Assembly: GCA_964035575.1 (NCBI GenBank)
Contig: OZ037842.1
Span: forward strand, 248,001-312,000
Direction: 5' to 3'
Source: Rhynchopus sp. YZ270_cl-10
Lineage: Eukaryota
DNA length: 64,000 bases
The notes beneath the pieces were generated by a model. The model was not told where the DNA came from and searched no databases. It saw only the letters and a list, made by a program, of their open reading frames with translations. The number at the start of each line of letters is the position of its first letter. Position 1 is the first letter of the stretch. The translations under genes and the position numbers were made by a program. Positions 25,556 through 36,968 of this stretch are shown here, piece by piece.

Positions 25556-27172
25556 CAAGTTCTTGCAAGACAACGGGTAATGTTTGTTAGCTCTAAGGAG
25601 GGAAGGGGAGCGTTTGTAGCTCACACAGCACCCCAAACCCTGGCCTCTCTGTCCACAGCACACAGCTCTTCCCCTGAGTTCCATTTGTGCCTCAACATGC
25701 TGAGCGCATCTTCAGTACGATGGGTGGATGAGCGAGAAGAGGCGCAACTGGCTAGTTGCACCAAAGCTGCACAAGCTTGTGGTCGTAGCACGCAGTTTGC
25801 GCGAGAGCAAGCCGCCACAAGAGAATGGTTGGTGGGATGAGGAGAAGCTGGTGCAGGAGGAGAAGGAGCGTGCGGGAGCTATATTGACTGCGACGCGACA
25901 GCTGAGGACCCCAAGGTTGATGATGATGCTGAGCATCACGACTCTGACATCAGTGAAGGCTCTTGGGACTAAACGCATACAGTCTTGTCCGTACCCATTT
26001 CTCCCACACAAGTCACCACCCCCTTGTGACTTGCCTGTAACAGTGGAAACGTTTCCCTCCCAGCCGCAAACCCGTTCAGTGTATCGTGAGCCACTGCAGT
26101 GACCCACTCACGCTCGACCCTGTCCCTCCTTGTAAACAGTTCGCCTTCTCCTACGTTGTGCTAAGGAAAACCAAAAAACATGCTCAAAAATGATGGGCAC
26201 GGGGGTCAGACTCCACTTCTGACCACTTAAAATTAGGTCATACACGTGTTATACCCCAAACTGACCAAGAAATTTTCCCAGTGTTCGATGGTGATCGAAT
26301 TAAATCGGTGGTAAAAAGTGAAAAATGGGGCATGCCAGGCCCACGTCAATCAGCCTAAAAATGTTGCAACTTTAAACGCGCGTCTCTCCCGTACACCAAT
26401 ATACACTTTTTAACACATACAGTACAGCAAGGGAAAACCAAGGGATTTTACCCTGTGTTCTCCTTGTTACGGCTGCACTAACCTAATCATCAAAACTGCT
26501 CGATTTTGGCTTTATCTAAAAGATCGACATCAATTCTTACGAAATATAATTTATTTTACGATTTTGAGTAGAATTCTGTTTGCAGGGCGAAGTCACGAGG
26601 CAGGGGGTGATTTTGGGGGTGAGCGCCAAAAAAAGTCCTTTTCCTAGGGTTGACCCACCTCCCTCCAGCATCCAACGATATGACATTTTCACGAAAGTTG
26701 TCGATTCTTGCCTTATTATTGTCACACAGAAAAAAAATGTTTTTACGAAAATGAGTAGAACCCCATTACCCCTACCAACGTGTGGCATTCGTGCGCCACT
26801 ATAGTGGCACTTGCCATGGGTAAAAACGGTTTTCTGGTTTTAGTGCCTCGCTGGCGACATCCGTTGGGGGGGATTCTGGTGTGAGAATGTTCTCGATTTT
26901 TGCTTTATTTGAAAGATTCGCCACAAAATCGTTTCAAGGAAAAGAGTCGGTCAAAAATTCCAAGTAGAACCCAGAAACTCTCCCTTGCCACCCATTTCAC
27001 GCCCATGCCCCTTGTACTACTAGGGGAAAAAAAAAAAACGATCGTGAAAAAAAAAAACGATCGTGAAAAAAAAAAAAAAAATGTCAAGATCTTGAAAAAA
27101 AGTTCAAGATCTTGAAAAAAACCGTCACGATCGTTCTCACACTATGTTTTTTTGCACATTTTTTTTCCCCCC

Positions 27173-27850
27173 TCACGACGCAGTTTCGCTATCCGCTGGC
27201 GGCTCTTCCGTAGTAACGTCTCTACAGTACTGCTTCCGCTTATGCATTGGAGCTACCTTACGCTCTCGGGTAATATTATCTGTGGAGATACGTGGTACCG
27301 GAGGTCTTTGCCGAGGGTGGCAACACCTCTTAATACGCAGAGGTGGTGAGAAGTCAGTTCCATCTGTATAACGCCCATTTGGAAGCTCTTTTATCCAGTT
27401 GTTTGGGGTTTGCTCTTTTGCGTTGGTTTGGTATAGCACCTCCAGAATACGTATTAACTCAGGAATACGACACACAGTAGAAGAAGTAAAAGTAAGAATC
27501 ACGTCGCATGAACTGCCTGTGGCAGCCGCATCCACACGCAATGCGACCACACCACTGGTCATGGAGTAGAGCACTTCGGTGATGTATTTGACATTGAATG
27601 ACACGTAGACACACAGCTTTTTGCACGCAGTCATCAATGCGGTATTTGACACTATCAGCACCTCCGGTTTTTTCAATCTCGCCACAAAATGCACAACGCT
27701 ATGCCCCAAGCTCGGCGCGTACAACGCCATCTTAGCATGCAGGTCCATATCAGGTGCCACCATCACAATAGGAAGCCCAGAGTCCTCCATGTAAACCACC
27801 CCATCCACCTCTCTTGCCTTCAGCTGCGACTCCTCAACAGGAGACGCAAT
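27173..27850 (-). CDS. Hypothetical protein, possible PH/TH1-like domain (start uncertain: acceptor at 27851 or ATG at 27790)
   Basis: Open 225-codon frame with globular composition (VHFVARLKK..VLIVSNTAL); TTTCCGCAG acceptor at its 5' end. Confidence 0.6.
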   Translation of the reverse strand: MASPVEESQLKAREVDGVVYMEDSGLPIVMVAPDMDLHAKMALYAPSLGHSVVHFVARLKKPEVLIVSNTALMTACKKLCVYVSFNVKYITEVLYSMTSGVVALRVDAAATGSSCDVILTFTSSTVCRIPELIRILEVLYQTNAKEQTPNNWIKELPNGRYTDGTDFSPPLRIKRCCHPRQRPPVPRISTDNITRERKVAPMHKRKQYCRDVTTEEPPADSETAS

Positions 27851-28659
27851 CTGCGGAAATAAATGTCGGAAAAACCGCACCCCGCCCTGCTGTGGTGCCT
27901 GGGTCGCTATTTTGCCCGATTTTTTTTTTTATGCAAACAAAAGAAAAAATGTGAAGTCGACGAACTGGGTCAATACAGCTTTATGAGAGAATTTTTAAAA
28001 CACGCGAAAAGGGCCGTACTATTAGTGTATATTTTTCTGTGGCGGGATGTGGGTGGAGAGGCTGTTGAGGTGAAACCAAAGTGAAATTGATGAACGTAAA
28101 GACTCCAAGGTGAAGGTGAAGGTGGGTGGCCATGATGACACAGTATGACAGGGCATGGTAGCCTCGAGGAGGAAGTGCGTGACCTGGAGATGTGGGCTCC
28201 CACATCTTGCGACCCACTACAGTCGATGTGTGGCGTTTGGGCCACTCCATCCGCCCAAATAGGATATTTTGGATTCAGACAAAAAACCTCCCAAAATAGC
28301 CGGGGAGGGGAAGCAAGAGAAAGTGGGAAGAGGCTTTTTTAGATAAATACCTCTGATACTACATTGCACTCATTTTGCGGGTTAGAAAGAGTGAATTAGG
28401 TTGAGGTGAGAAGCAAAAAAAAAAGGGGGGGGAAGCGAACGATAAAAGGACAAATGCTTCGCAAATGAATTGAGTACAATTACGACCCACGGATCTCAAA
28501 ATCCATCCTGAACCCTATAGTATTGAAAGACGTTTCAAAGGATCACCACATGTACAACACACTTCAAGGAAAGTAATGACTGCAGCAAGCCCATTTTTAG
28601 AAGTGGTTGAATATCCATATTTGGTTGGATCGCCTTCTGAGTTTTTTTTTTTTTTTGTT

Positions 28660-29055
28660 TTAAATATTCCAATTATCCACGGTGGACACTGTGCGAAGCA
28701 GGTCATCCGGCGCGTTCCCTTTGAGGTCTACGTGGAGTAGCTGCTCCTTCTGGATATCGTAGCCACCAAAGAGCTGCAGGAGGTCTTGACTGACCTGCTC
28801 CAGGTCCCCGCACACCTCCACCGAGCGTTTGAAGCAGTCGCCGCCGTACGTCACTGCGACAGAGGTGATGCCTTTGCTCGCAAAGTAGTCGGCAGCCTGC
28901 TGCTTCACCTGTGTCTGCGCGAACCCACGCTTCAAATTGTTAAAATACACCAAAGTACAGTGCGTTCCAGGACTCCCCCCTGTCTTCAGTGCAAGAGAGT
29001 ACCCATTTCCCAACCTTCTGCTGGAACCGCTGCCAGCAACTTCGCTTCCAGGCAT
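28660..29055 (-). CDS. Small protein with possible divergent SUI1/eIF1-like fold
   Basis: ATG at 29055 after a pyrimidine tract; SVEVCGD..VSQDLL...I.KEQL resembles the SUI1 IxxQGD motif. Confidence 0.55.
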   Translation of the reverse strand: MPGSEVAGSGSSRRLGNGYSLALKTGGSPGTHCTLVYFNNLKRGFAQTQVKQQAADYFASKGITSVAVTYGGDCFKRSVEVCGDLEQVSQDLLQLFGGYDIQKEQLLHVDLKGNAPDDLLRTVSTVDNWNI

Positions 29056-30050
29056 GGGTATGGGGGTGTGGTGGTGTAGGGCTGGTAGGAGATAAAGGGG
29101 TGTAAATGTTGAGGGTGGTGAGTGGGAGAGAGGTGTAGGAGAGGGCAGGGGGTAGACACAGTGATTTGTATAAAAAAAAAGTGAGAAATATTCGCAGAAA
29201 AACACATACCAGCATTGTGTGTCCTCTTTTTTTGCTATGGCACACATTCGTTTCAATGTTTTGTATCTTTTGAAAAAAAAAAGGGGTTGAAAGCAAACAC
29301 GCTGTGTGGGGGGTTCCATTTCGTTTCCCCCATCCCCTTTGTTTTTGGATACATATAAATAAATTGGGAAAGATAAAAAATTTAAGCCGGATGTGTCTCA
29401 AGGGGGAACGACACATCCAAACAAACGATGTCGTGTTTGCAGGTCTTACCACAAAGGAGGGGTTTTGCTCTTGGGTTAGAATTTAACAATGATGATGCAA
29501 CCCGCAAAAATGGAACGGGGGCAAAAAAAAAACCCCCCAAACATGCCTCTTGCACACACATTTTTAAAAAGAGAAGTGCGCTCCATTCGTCTGCGGACAC
29601 AGGCACTAAATCTGAACAAAAAAATAAAAACATAAACGGAAGCTGTAAAGTGCAAAAAACCTCTGTGGGCGCGGGCACCAAACCTCCAAGAGAAAAACTT
29701 GTAAGAACCTAAGCCTCTCGTGTTAGGTCACCTATTTTTTCCTTATTTGCCAGATTTTAGACTACTATCCTGTGATAGTGGCCACGATTTCTTCACAGAA
29801 TCCTACACCCCTAAAAGAAAAGTTGAAAGATGACTGCGGCCGACATCTAAGAGAAAAAGAAACGTTGAAAGTGCAAAGGCATCTTCGCTTAGCCACATTT
29901 TGATAGAAACCACTGTCTTGAATATCCATAGTCGTTTTACCCTACCCCCCTACTACCCACTCCGATGCTTTTCACATTTTTTGCTTTTTGCGAAAAGTGA
30001 AAACCACTTAAAAATTTGTTTTTGCCCCCACCCCCACTCCCATGAGTACC

Positions 30051-32138
30051 TCAATCACATCTCGCCAACAAGACCAAAAGCGGTATCGTTGTTGCCATCC
30101 ACGAAATGGTCGCTTTCACCCAGAGGTAGCGTGCCCGGGCCTTGTTGCTTTGCCTTCTTTCTTCATCATCTATAAAAGTGTTCGTGTCGTAGAGGTACAG
30201 TGTGTTTAATGGAAGCTTTTCAGAAATCGGATCAAGAATACCGTCTTTTTCTAGATAGGGTGATACTGTGATTCTTTTGATGTTGACGTGGGTTCTGTTG
30301 GATGTGTCTTGCTCTCGGAGGAAGCAGTCGTTGGCTTGTTCCCATGTGTGTACTGCGCAGACACTTAGACCAACTACACATTCTGCATCTAGATTGAGAA
30401 TAGGGCTGGCAAAAACATCCCAATCCCCTACAGAGAACCCATCCAAGCGAGAGTGCTGCACCTCCCACCCTGCACCTTCTAACGTCACGAAAGGTAGTTC
30501 AGGAGGAGCGCTGTGTTCAGTACAGCGGTAAACACCTTGACCTATCCCGGGAGGTATCCGTTCGTCAATTTCCACCCAACGGACGTACGCGGCGTCGTCG
30601 CACGAAGCCAATGCTATTGCCCACAGCACCATCATTATGAACCATAGCGAAAACATTCCCTTCACAAAGTCCGCTAGAATCCCCAAAAATCTGTCATAAA
30701 TGCGGCACACCGCTCTGAAAATGAAGTACCCCGTGAGCAGACAGAGCACGCATACGGCATCTCCAGTAGGGCTTGACAGCAAATCGAAGCGTACTAAGAG
30801 GTATAAATTGCCTGCTGCAGTGCAGGTAGCGACAAGCCAGCCAAAGAGGAGGGCGCAGACTGTACGAAGGTTCCAGGACATTTCTAATTCAGAATGGATT
30901 GATGAGAATGAGGAGAAAGACGACTCCGTGTCGTTCTCCTCTCCGTCTGCATCTCCCCCTCTTCTACTGCTCTGTGCACTCTCTTCATCGGTTGTTGGTT
31001 GAACAAATTCTACAATTTCCTGCATTTCCTGCATTTCTTGAGAATTCGAATTAACCGACACACCATCCTCCACCGTCGGTATCCCCTCCGGAGACGGAGA
31101 CCTCTCCTCAGCACCCCAAGAGGAGTACGATTCCGTCCCTTCCTCCTCTTCCTCGTCCCCTTCGCTGATAGGGTACAGAGGTGCGACCAGCTCCGAGAAC
31201 GATTCGACGGTTTGCGTTCTTGAGCCGTGATTTTGCAATTTTAGATAGAAAATCACAATCAATAGGGTAGCAACCAACCAGAGGGACACCGCATACAGTG
31301 TATGCAGCGCGGTTGAGGACGGGAGTTTATCTGCGTAGCGTTCCATTGTAGCGTAGTCTGGGGTGTTTCCACCAACCTCAAATAGGGTGTTAAGAGGGGA
31401 AAGGGCGGAGAAGCGTGCGAGAAGCGAGGAGTTTAGGTATGGAGTGGAAGAGAGACGGCGAATGTTCGTTGTTCCGGTGACGTTGATGAGGGAAGGGATT
31501 GTGCTGTCATTATATTCTTCACCTGCCGCCTCCACAAAGCATCGCACCACCTCTCCAAAGCTCTCTCCATAGCACGCCGCATATATCGTCTCCCCAAAAG
31601 AACATTCATGTTCCGTTAGCAAAGGCGCAATAACAACGTCAGTTTCCCCATACGTCACCCCCGTCATATTTTCCATCATAATTTGATAGTCTCCGTGAAG
31701 CGTAAAATATGAAAAATCCTCGGATATCGTGGTATTGCAATCCAAAGGGGTGTTGTGACCACCATATAGCCCCGAAGAGGCTCGTCGCATGTGTACTATG
31801 TCCAGATAGTCGTTTGCGATGATGAGCAGAACGATTGGAGTGACCAATGCGAAGCAGACGTTCATCGCAGTGAGACCCTTGTTGACGCTGAGGGAGCGGT
31901 CCTGTACGAAGGACTCCCAGTCGTCCCCGTCGTCAACCAGTTGCAGAAGGATAGGGGTGATCAACGACGCGGTCACACCAATCCCCGAGCCCACAATAGC
32001 GACCAGCCGATACGAGGCCATGTCATCACCAGCAAACAGACTCACCAAATACACTATCGAAAAAAACACGCCCGCGAAGGCCCACAACATGAACACCTCG
32101 GACCCATGCGGGGTGTCAAGACTGCGGACGCATTGCAT
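30051..32138 (-). CDS. Multi-pass membrane protein with two homologous halves and an acidic linker
   Basis: 695-aa ORF; FTLHG/VTLEG, DVVIAPLL/DVFASPIL, NIRR..TPYL/NIKR..SPYL, PLNTLF/PLNTLY; several hydrophobic helices per half. Confidence 0.8.
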   Translation of the reverse strand: MQCVRSLDTPHGSEVFMLWAFAGVFFSIVYLVSLFAGDDMASYRLVAIVGSGIGVTASLITPILLQLVDDGDDWESFVQDRSLSVNKGLTAMNVCFALVTPIVLLIIANDYLDIVHMRRASSGLYGGHNTPLDCNTTISEDFSYFTLHGDYQIMMENMTGVTYGETDVVIAPLLTEHECSFGETIYAACYGESFGEVVRCFVEAAGEEYNDSTIPSLINVTGTTNIRRLSSTPYLNSSLLARFSALSPLNTLFEVGGNTPDYATMERYADKLPSSTALHTLYAVSLWLVATLLIVIFYLKLQNHGSRTQTVESFSELVAPLYPISEGDEEEEEGTESYSSWGAEERSPSPEGIPTVEDGVSVNSNSQEMQEMQEIVEFVQPTTDEESAQSSRRGGDADGEENDTESSFSSFSSIHSELEMSWNLRTVCALLFGWLVATCTAAGNLYLLVRFDLLSSPTGDAVCVLCLLTGYFIFRAVCRIYDRFLGILADFVKGMFSLWFIMMVLWAIALASCDDAAYVRWVEIDERIPPGIGQGVYRCTEHSAPPELPFVTLEGAGWEVQHSRLDGFSVGDWDVFASPILNLDAECVVGLSVCAVHTWEQANDCFLREQDTSNRTHVNIKRITVSPYLEKDGILDPISEKLPLNTLYLYDTNTFIDDEERRQSNKARARYLWVKATISWMATTIPLLVLLARCD

Positions 32139-32410
32139 GTTCCAGAGGGAAGATGTCCCCCCTAGAGTATATAGTTAGTTGTGTGTTGCTGAAGTGTGTG
32201 TGGGGAGGAAAGAGTGCTTCTGGAAACTAAAGGAAATGCAAAAATGTAGCCCTTTTTTAATGCTCTGTTCTCCAAGGGGAGGCCTCAACCTCAGTGGAGA
32301 AGATAGATAATAAATAGAAAGTGGAGATTGCACAAACTGTGGCAACACAACCGAGGCAACAATTTATCAGAAGTAAAAAAGAAAAAACAAACAGGGCCCT
32401 CACAAAGACC

Positions 32411-34783
32411 CTAAAACCCTCTTCTGCCTTGCACTTCTTGCACCTCGATGCCCAGACCCGCTGCCTTGCGTGACACAGCTTGGTCAATACTGTGCCGTTC
32501 ATCTTCGCTCCACACCTTCCCTCCTGGACGCGTCTGTTGTTCTTTGTCGATCTCACCCCTCTTCTCATAGAGGTAGCTGAGCTCTGTTTTGACATCAGGG
32601 GCGAAGTCCTTCTTGGGGAACCAACCGGGGGGCCCGAGGTGCTCAAGGAGTTTACGATCACCTTTGAGCGCTGCAAGCTGTTTCCGTGTTTCGTGCAGAC
32701 GGCTGTCCGTTAAGGTGTGCGCATTCCTGGGTCCCAGCACCAAAGCTGCCTGCTGATGAGGAGTAAGGAACCGCTGCTCTGCTCTTGTTATCACTACAGG
32801 ACCCGTGTCAGGTGTCTCCTGCGCACGAAGCTTGGAAAGCGTGTTAAACGTATCTGCAACGTGTTTGTCAATCAACTCAGTGGAGGTGTCCACAAACTCT
32901 TCCGTTACCCGCGTCTTCACCTCCGCCTCAGTGCCTAGGGCTCGTGGTATGTTTGGGTAGTCCAAAGAATTGTCGAAGAAAGGGAGAAGGTCTGCAAAGA
33001 GGTCTTCGTTTTTCTGGCTTTCCTCAACATTGCTGAAGGCAACGAAGGCGGTGCTGACAAGGCGGGAGACCTCCGGTTGGAGCTTGAGCTTTGCCAGGAC
33101 GTCGTGGTATGGAAAGAACTGCTCCTTCCAACGCATGTCGGTGTGGTGTTGGCGGAGCTTGTCTTCATGGTCGCGACGTGCCTTTCTCCGCATAGCGCGT
33201 GTCACCACAAGGTATTTGCCACGCCGTTTTACTACAGGGCGGGGTGCCTCCTCGGAATGGATGAGATCTGATATGGGCTTCTTCTCAGCAAGCCTTCTGG
33301 CCATGTGGACGCGAAACCGCAGCTTCTGCCTTGGTGTCATGCGCTTCCGTTTCCGCAGCCGTTTCTTGGGTTTTTGGTACTCCGGTTCACTCAACGCTGC
33401 GAGCGAGTCGACAAACCTCGGATCATTTTCCGCAGTGCTCATTCTCAAGCCTATACGATACATCTCTGTCGTCTCGTCAATCTCTGTGCTAGTAATATAA
33501 GCAAAACGCACCGAACGGCGTAGACACTGTAATAAAGAGATCATATTGTCGAGAATCTTTTGCAGTGCCTTTTGTGCCTCTTGTGCAGCAAAGTCTGCTT
33601 CATTGAACGTATTGTGCTCCACCTCAGGCGCGCGAACCTCTGATGGCGCATACGCAGCATCGAAAATAGAGCCAAGCACCTTCGCATCACCACTAAAATC
33701 AATGGCTGTGGAGAAGGCACCCTTCAGAATCTTTTTTTGCTCGCTCAGTGAAAGCCAGAGCGATCCTGTCAGTTGTGCGTCCTCAGGGGAAGCGAGAAAC
33801 ACCCCGACACCGTGGTTCAACCCAACAACAACCTCTTCCGGCGAGTCTTCCAGCTGCTGGAGAAGAACCTTAAGGGGCACGGCGGCAAAGGTGAGCGCAG
33901 CTTCTGAGTTCGGCGTTGCTTCGATACAGTGTATTAAGTACTTCTCGATGTAGTGCTTTTCAAAATAGACAGGTAAAAAGGCGGGCGCACCGGGGTCATT
34001 CTCTCTCCCAGGCAATGGAAAGAACGCGGGCTGCATGTCACCCTTCGCTCCGTCCCCACTCTTCATCATTTCTTTGTACTGCTCCGCAAATCCTTGAAAC
34101 TCTTCTGGTATAAAATCTTCCGAAAACTCCGAAAACAATTTGTCCAAACTCAGCTCCTGCATCGGGATGTACACGGTGCGCCCTTCTTCTGCCATGCTCT
34201 TGAGAAATAGGTTTTTGAATTTATCTTGTATGGTTTGCTCGGTTTTGTTCATGAGGTAGAGCAGTTCGTCGGGGGTGAGGTTCTCTGGGGTCTCGAGGAG
34301 GCGGTTTTTGAACTCTTTTGCTTGGGTTTGCGCAGCAGCGATGCTTTGGTAGTCGAAGGCTGAAGGGACAAAATCGGTGATTGTAGGCATCGAGGAAGAG
34401 TAGAGCTTCTTCATACGGGGTACAAACTCCTCGTAGTACATCCGCATGCCTTCCTCACGTCCATGAAGCTGTACCATCGTCTGTTTAAAATCTCCTGTCA
34501 CCGCAGGTCTCTTACTCTCGTCCCGAAGCAACCCAGGTCCACGGTCATTATGCTCATATTTCTCCCAAGGCCATGATTGCCTCAGAGCTTCATCCGAAAG
34601 ATGTGCCACAGCGCTCGCAGACGTCGAAAATGATTCGTTTTTTGGGGGAGAAGAAGAAGAAGGGTCGGAAGGCGCGCTTTTCACCTTCTGAAGCATCTCC
34701 GCAAGTCCCGCGAAGGAAGGGATGCTGGCGAGGTTTGGTGTCGAAGGCCCAGAGATATTTCGTCTGAAAATAAGCTTCTTCAT
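32411..34783 (-). CDS. Hypothetical protein of about 790 aa, possibly organelle-targeted, with SseB-like segment
   Basis: Long ORF from MKKLIFRR; FLPVYFE...AVPLKVLLQQL...VVVGLNHG pattern; basic KR-rich tract. Confidence 0.75.
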   Translation of the reverse strand: MKKLIFRRNISGPSTPNLASIPSFAGLAEMLQKVKSAPSDPSSSSPPKNESFSTSASAVAHLSDEALRQSWPWEKYEHNDRGPGLLRDESKRPAVTGDFKQTMVQLHGREEGMRMYYEEFVPRMKKLYSSSMPTITDFVPSAFDYQSIAAAQTQAKEFKNRLLETPENLTPDELLYLMNKTEQTIQDKFKNLFLKSMAEEGRTVYIPMQELSLDKLFSEFSEDFIPEEFQGFAEQYKEMMKSGDGAKGDMQPAFFPLPGRENDPGAPAFLPVYFEKHYIEKYLIHCIEATPNSEAALTFAAVPLKVLLQQLEDSPEEVVVGLNHGVGVFLASPEDAQLTGSLWLSLSEQKKILKGAFSTAIDFSGDAKVLGSIFDAAYAPSEVRAPEVEHNTFNEADFAAQEAQKALQKILDNMISLLQCLRRSVRFAYITSTEIDETTEMYRIGLRMSTAENDPRFVDSLAALSEPEYQKPKKRLRKRKRMTPRQKLRFRVHMARRLAEKKPISDLIHSEEAPRPVVKRRGKYLVVTRAMRRKARRDHEDKLRQHHTDMRWKEQFFPYHDVLAKLKLQPEVSRLVSTAFVAFSNVEESQKNEDLFADLLPFFDNSLDYPNIPRALGTEAEVKTRVTEEFVDTSTELIDKHVADTFNTLSKLRAQETPDTGPVVITRAEQRFLTPHQQAALVLGPRNAHTLTDSRLHETRKQLAALKGDRKLLEHLGPPGWFPKKDFAPDVKTELSYLYEKRGEIDKEQQTRPGGKVWSEDERHSIDQAVSRKAAGLGIEVQEVQGRRGF

Positions 34784-35675
34784 TATTATTTTGTGGAGAA
34801 GACCACCCCCCCCCACTCTGAGTTATATTTTGGAATTTTTTGGGAGATTTTTTGTGCATTTTTTTTTCGCTGTTGTTACCAAGAACAAAGAGCTGATCTG
34901 AACAGAAAGCTGCAGAGAAAGGGAGTAAAAAATCTTAACTTACGAGGGCAGCACTGCGCGAAGAAGTGAATGACAGTACTAAGAAGCACTCCTGCGGAAA
35001 GATGGACGGACCCTGCAAAGCATTGTGGGGCATTTGCTGTTTCGCGGAGAAATCCTCAAAAATCTGCTGCACTGGGAAGATGTCTCTGCCCGATATACCA
35101 AACACCTTGACCTTCTTCAGCTGAAATCCTACAAAAAGGATTCAATCCACCTTAACGCATTCTTTGCGCTGGTGGAGAACAAAATCCGAGACAGCCATGT
35201 TCCAAAGGGCTTCTCCGCAGTGGCTCTGGAAGGAGAACCAAAAAAAATCAACGGCTTCTCTGACGCTGCTCTCACAGAGTCCTGGTTTGTTGATCCAGAC
35301 GTCAGCAGCACAAGAGAGTAAAAAGAGGATGACTTGGAGGACTCCTGCCTGACAATCTTCATGGAGCTGCTGAGAAGTGTCATAGTCTGCTTGGGGGCAA
35401 TGTATTTGCAGTAAAGTTCAAAGCAATTTCACAGTATAAAGGTCAGGAGGACGAACTGAAGAAGCTGAGGATCGACCTTCATGAAGTCCTGAAAAGCAAG
35501 ACAAGATCAGAGTACACCACCGACGAGAAGGATGCCTGCTAAAATGCTCTGCACCGTAGATGAAGACGAACCTGCAGAGCGCAAATTTACTGTGCACCCA
35601 ATATTCACGTCTCCTGAAAATGGGGATAAGGATCCCAAGTGGACATCTCTTTTTTTTTTCGTTCTCTATGCAATC

Positions 35676-36367
35676 CAGGGTATTAGGGTGAAAATACAAA
35701 ATCCCGGAAAAAACTGGTTTTTCTGGTTTTCTCTCCTGGGCGGCAAAAACTAGTGTTTCTGGCGAAAACCTCCACCGTTGACGGACACAGTCACCCCTTT
35801 CGAGTTTTTCGGGGGTGGGGTCAGTGTCTTATCCAGGATTTCAAAATATTTTTCGGCGCTGCTGACCCAGGGTAGACATTGGGAACATAGGGACTGCATT
35901 TTTTTTTTGCGGAGCAAAAAAAAAATATAAAATGGCGCCGCAGGCGAAAAATTTTTGAGGGTACGGTGTAAAAATCTAGCTTTTTACACCACAGAGCCAC
36001 TCAAACGAACCCTTTTTTACGGAGCAAAAAATGAAAAATGGCGCCGCAGGCAAAAAAAATTCAAGGAACAGCCATTTCCCAAAGGCACTCCCGTGGTTCA
36101 ACCACGGTTCTACCAGGCGGGGAAAAAATGCGGGGAAAAAAATCGAGTCCGCCCTAATCTGGGGACGACATTTACAGAAAGGCCTGGTGAAAAGTGTCGG
36201 TTTTTTTTTCCCCTCCAGATTTCTCTGTTTTTTTTTTTTGAAAACTTGGTTGTATTAGTGTAGCCACCCTAGAGTGTGCTCCACTATATTTTTTTTTTTT
36301 TTTTGAAAACCAGTTTTTGGAAAAACTGGTTTTCAAAACCAGTTTTTTTAACCACCCTAATACCCTG
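35676..36367. mobile_element. hAT-like MITE with a probable nested element
   Basis: Perfect 15-bp TIR CAGGGTATTAGGGTG; perfect 8-bp TSD ATGCAATC (35668-35675, 36368-36375); internal end 36240-36270 recurs inverted at about 8393-8430. Confidence 0.9.
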
Positions 36368-36968
36368 ATGCAATCAATGCCATTTCGCCAGCCTCAGGTG
36401 GACGTCTGTTCTCCCCAACTTCGACCAACCCAATATCTTGGGTGTCGCTTTGTCCTGCCACTGTATCATCACTACCACCCCCACCACCACCCCCATTCAC
36501 AACAAGACACCGACCCACAAAACACAGCAAAATGCAGACCATAAGAACCCCACCCACAATCATCGCAATCACAACAGGCGGAGTGGAGGCTTCCGCATCA
36601 GACTCTCGCTCTGTGGGAACAGCCATTTCTCTTATCGATAACGGCGTAAATTCAACCGTCACATCATTGGGCACATACCCATTTGCGGTGAACACTACTG
36701 TCAAGAATTTGACGCAAGATTGCACCCCTCCTGTCTTTCCGTCTATCTCAAGCAATGCGTTTGGGGGTACATTTTTAATGGTCACATCCATCCATTTCTC
36801 GGTACAAGCTATGTACCAGCATGTTGTAGTATTGACGCTATCATTGCTGCTAGGTATGACCAAGGAAGTGGTCGGAGCGAGCCTGGTACACTTCGCTTCT
36901 ATCATAGAACAGCACCCTACAAAACAGAGGCAAAAAACGTAGGTAGCATCATGCAGTGTACAAGCCAT
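36357..36968 (-). CDS. Small type-I membrane protein with Cys-containing (CUB-like) ectodomain
   Basis: Signal-like N-terminus, CWYIAC motif (cf. CWRVNC/CWRIDC in the 52771-53817 protein), TM VVIAMIVGGVLMVCILLCFVG. Confidence 0.7.
   Translation of the reverse strand: MACTLHDATYVFCLCFVGCCSMIEAKCTRLAPTTSLVIPSSNDSVNTTTCWYIACTEKWMDVTIKNVPPNALLEIDGKTGGVQSCVKFLTVVFTANGYVPNDVTVEFTPLSIREMAVPTERESDAEASTPPVVIAMIVGGVLMVCILLCFVGRCLVVNGGGGGGGSDDTVAGQSDTQDIGLVEVGENRRPPEAGEMALIASGY

Larger units (their letters stand above)
23578..27146. mobile_element. 3.6-kb P/hAT-like non-autonomous element carrying nested repeats and decayed coding fragments
   Basis: TIR CATAGGGTGAAAACGATCGT / CATAGTGTGAGAACGATCGT (18/20); subterminal ACGATCGT palindrome arrays at both ends; poly(T) flanks obscure the TSD. 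Confidence 0.7.
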
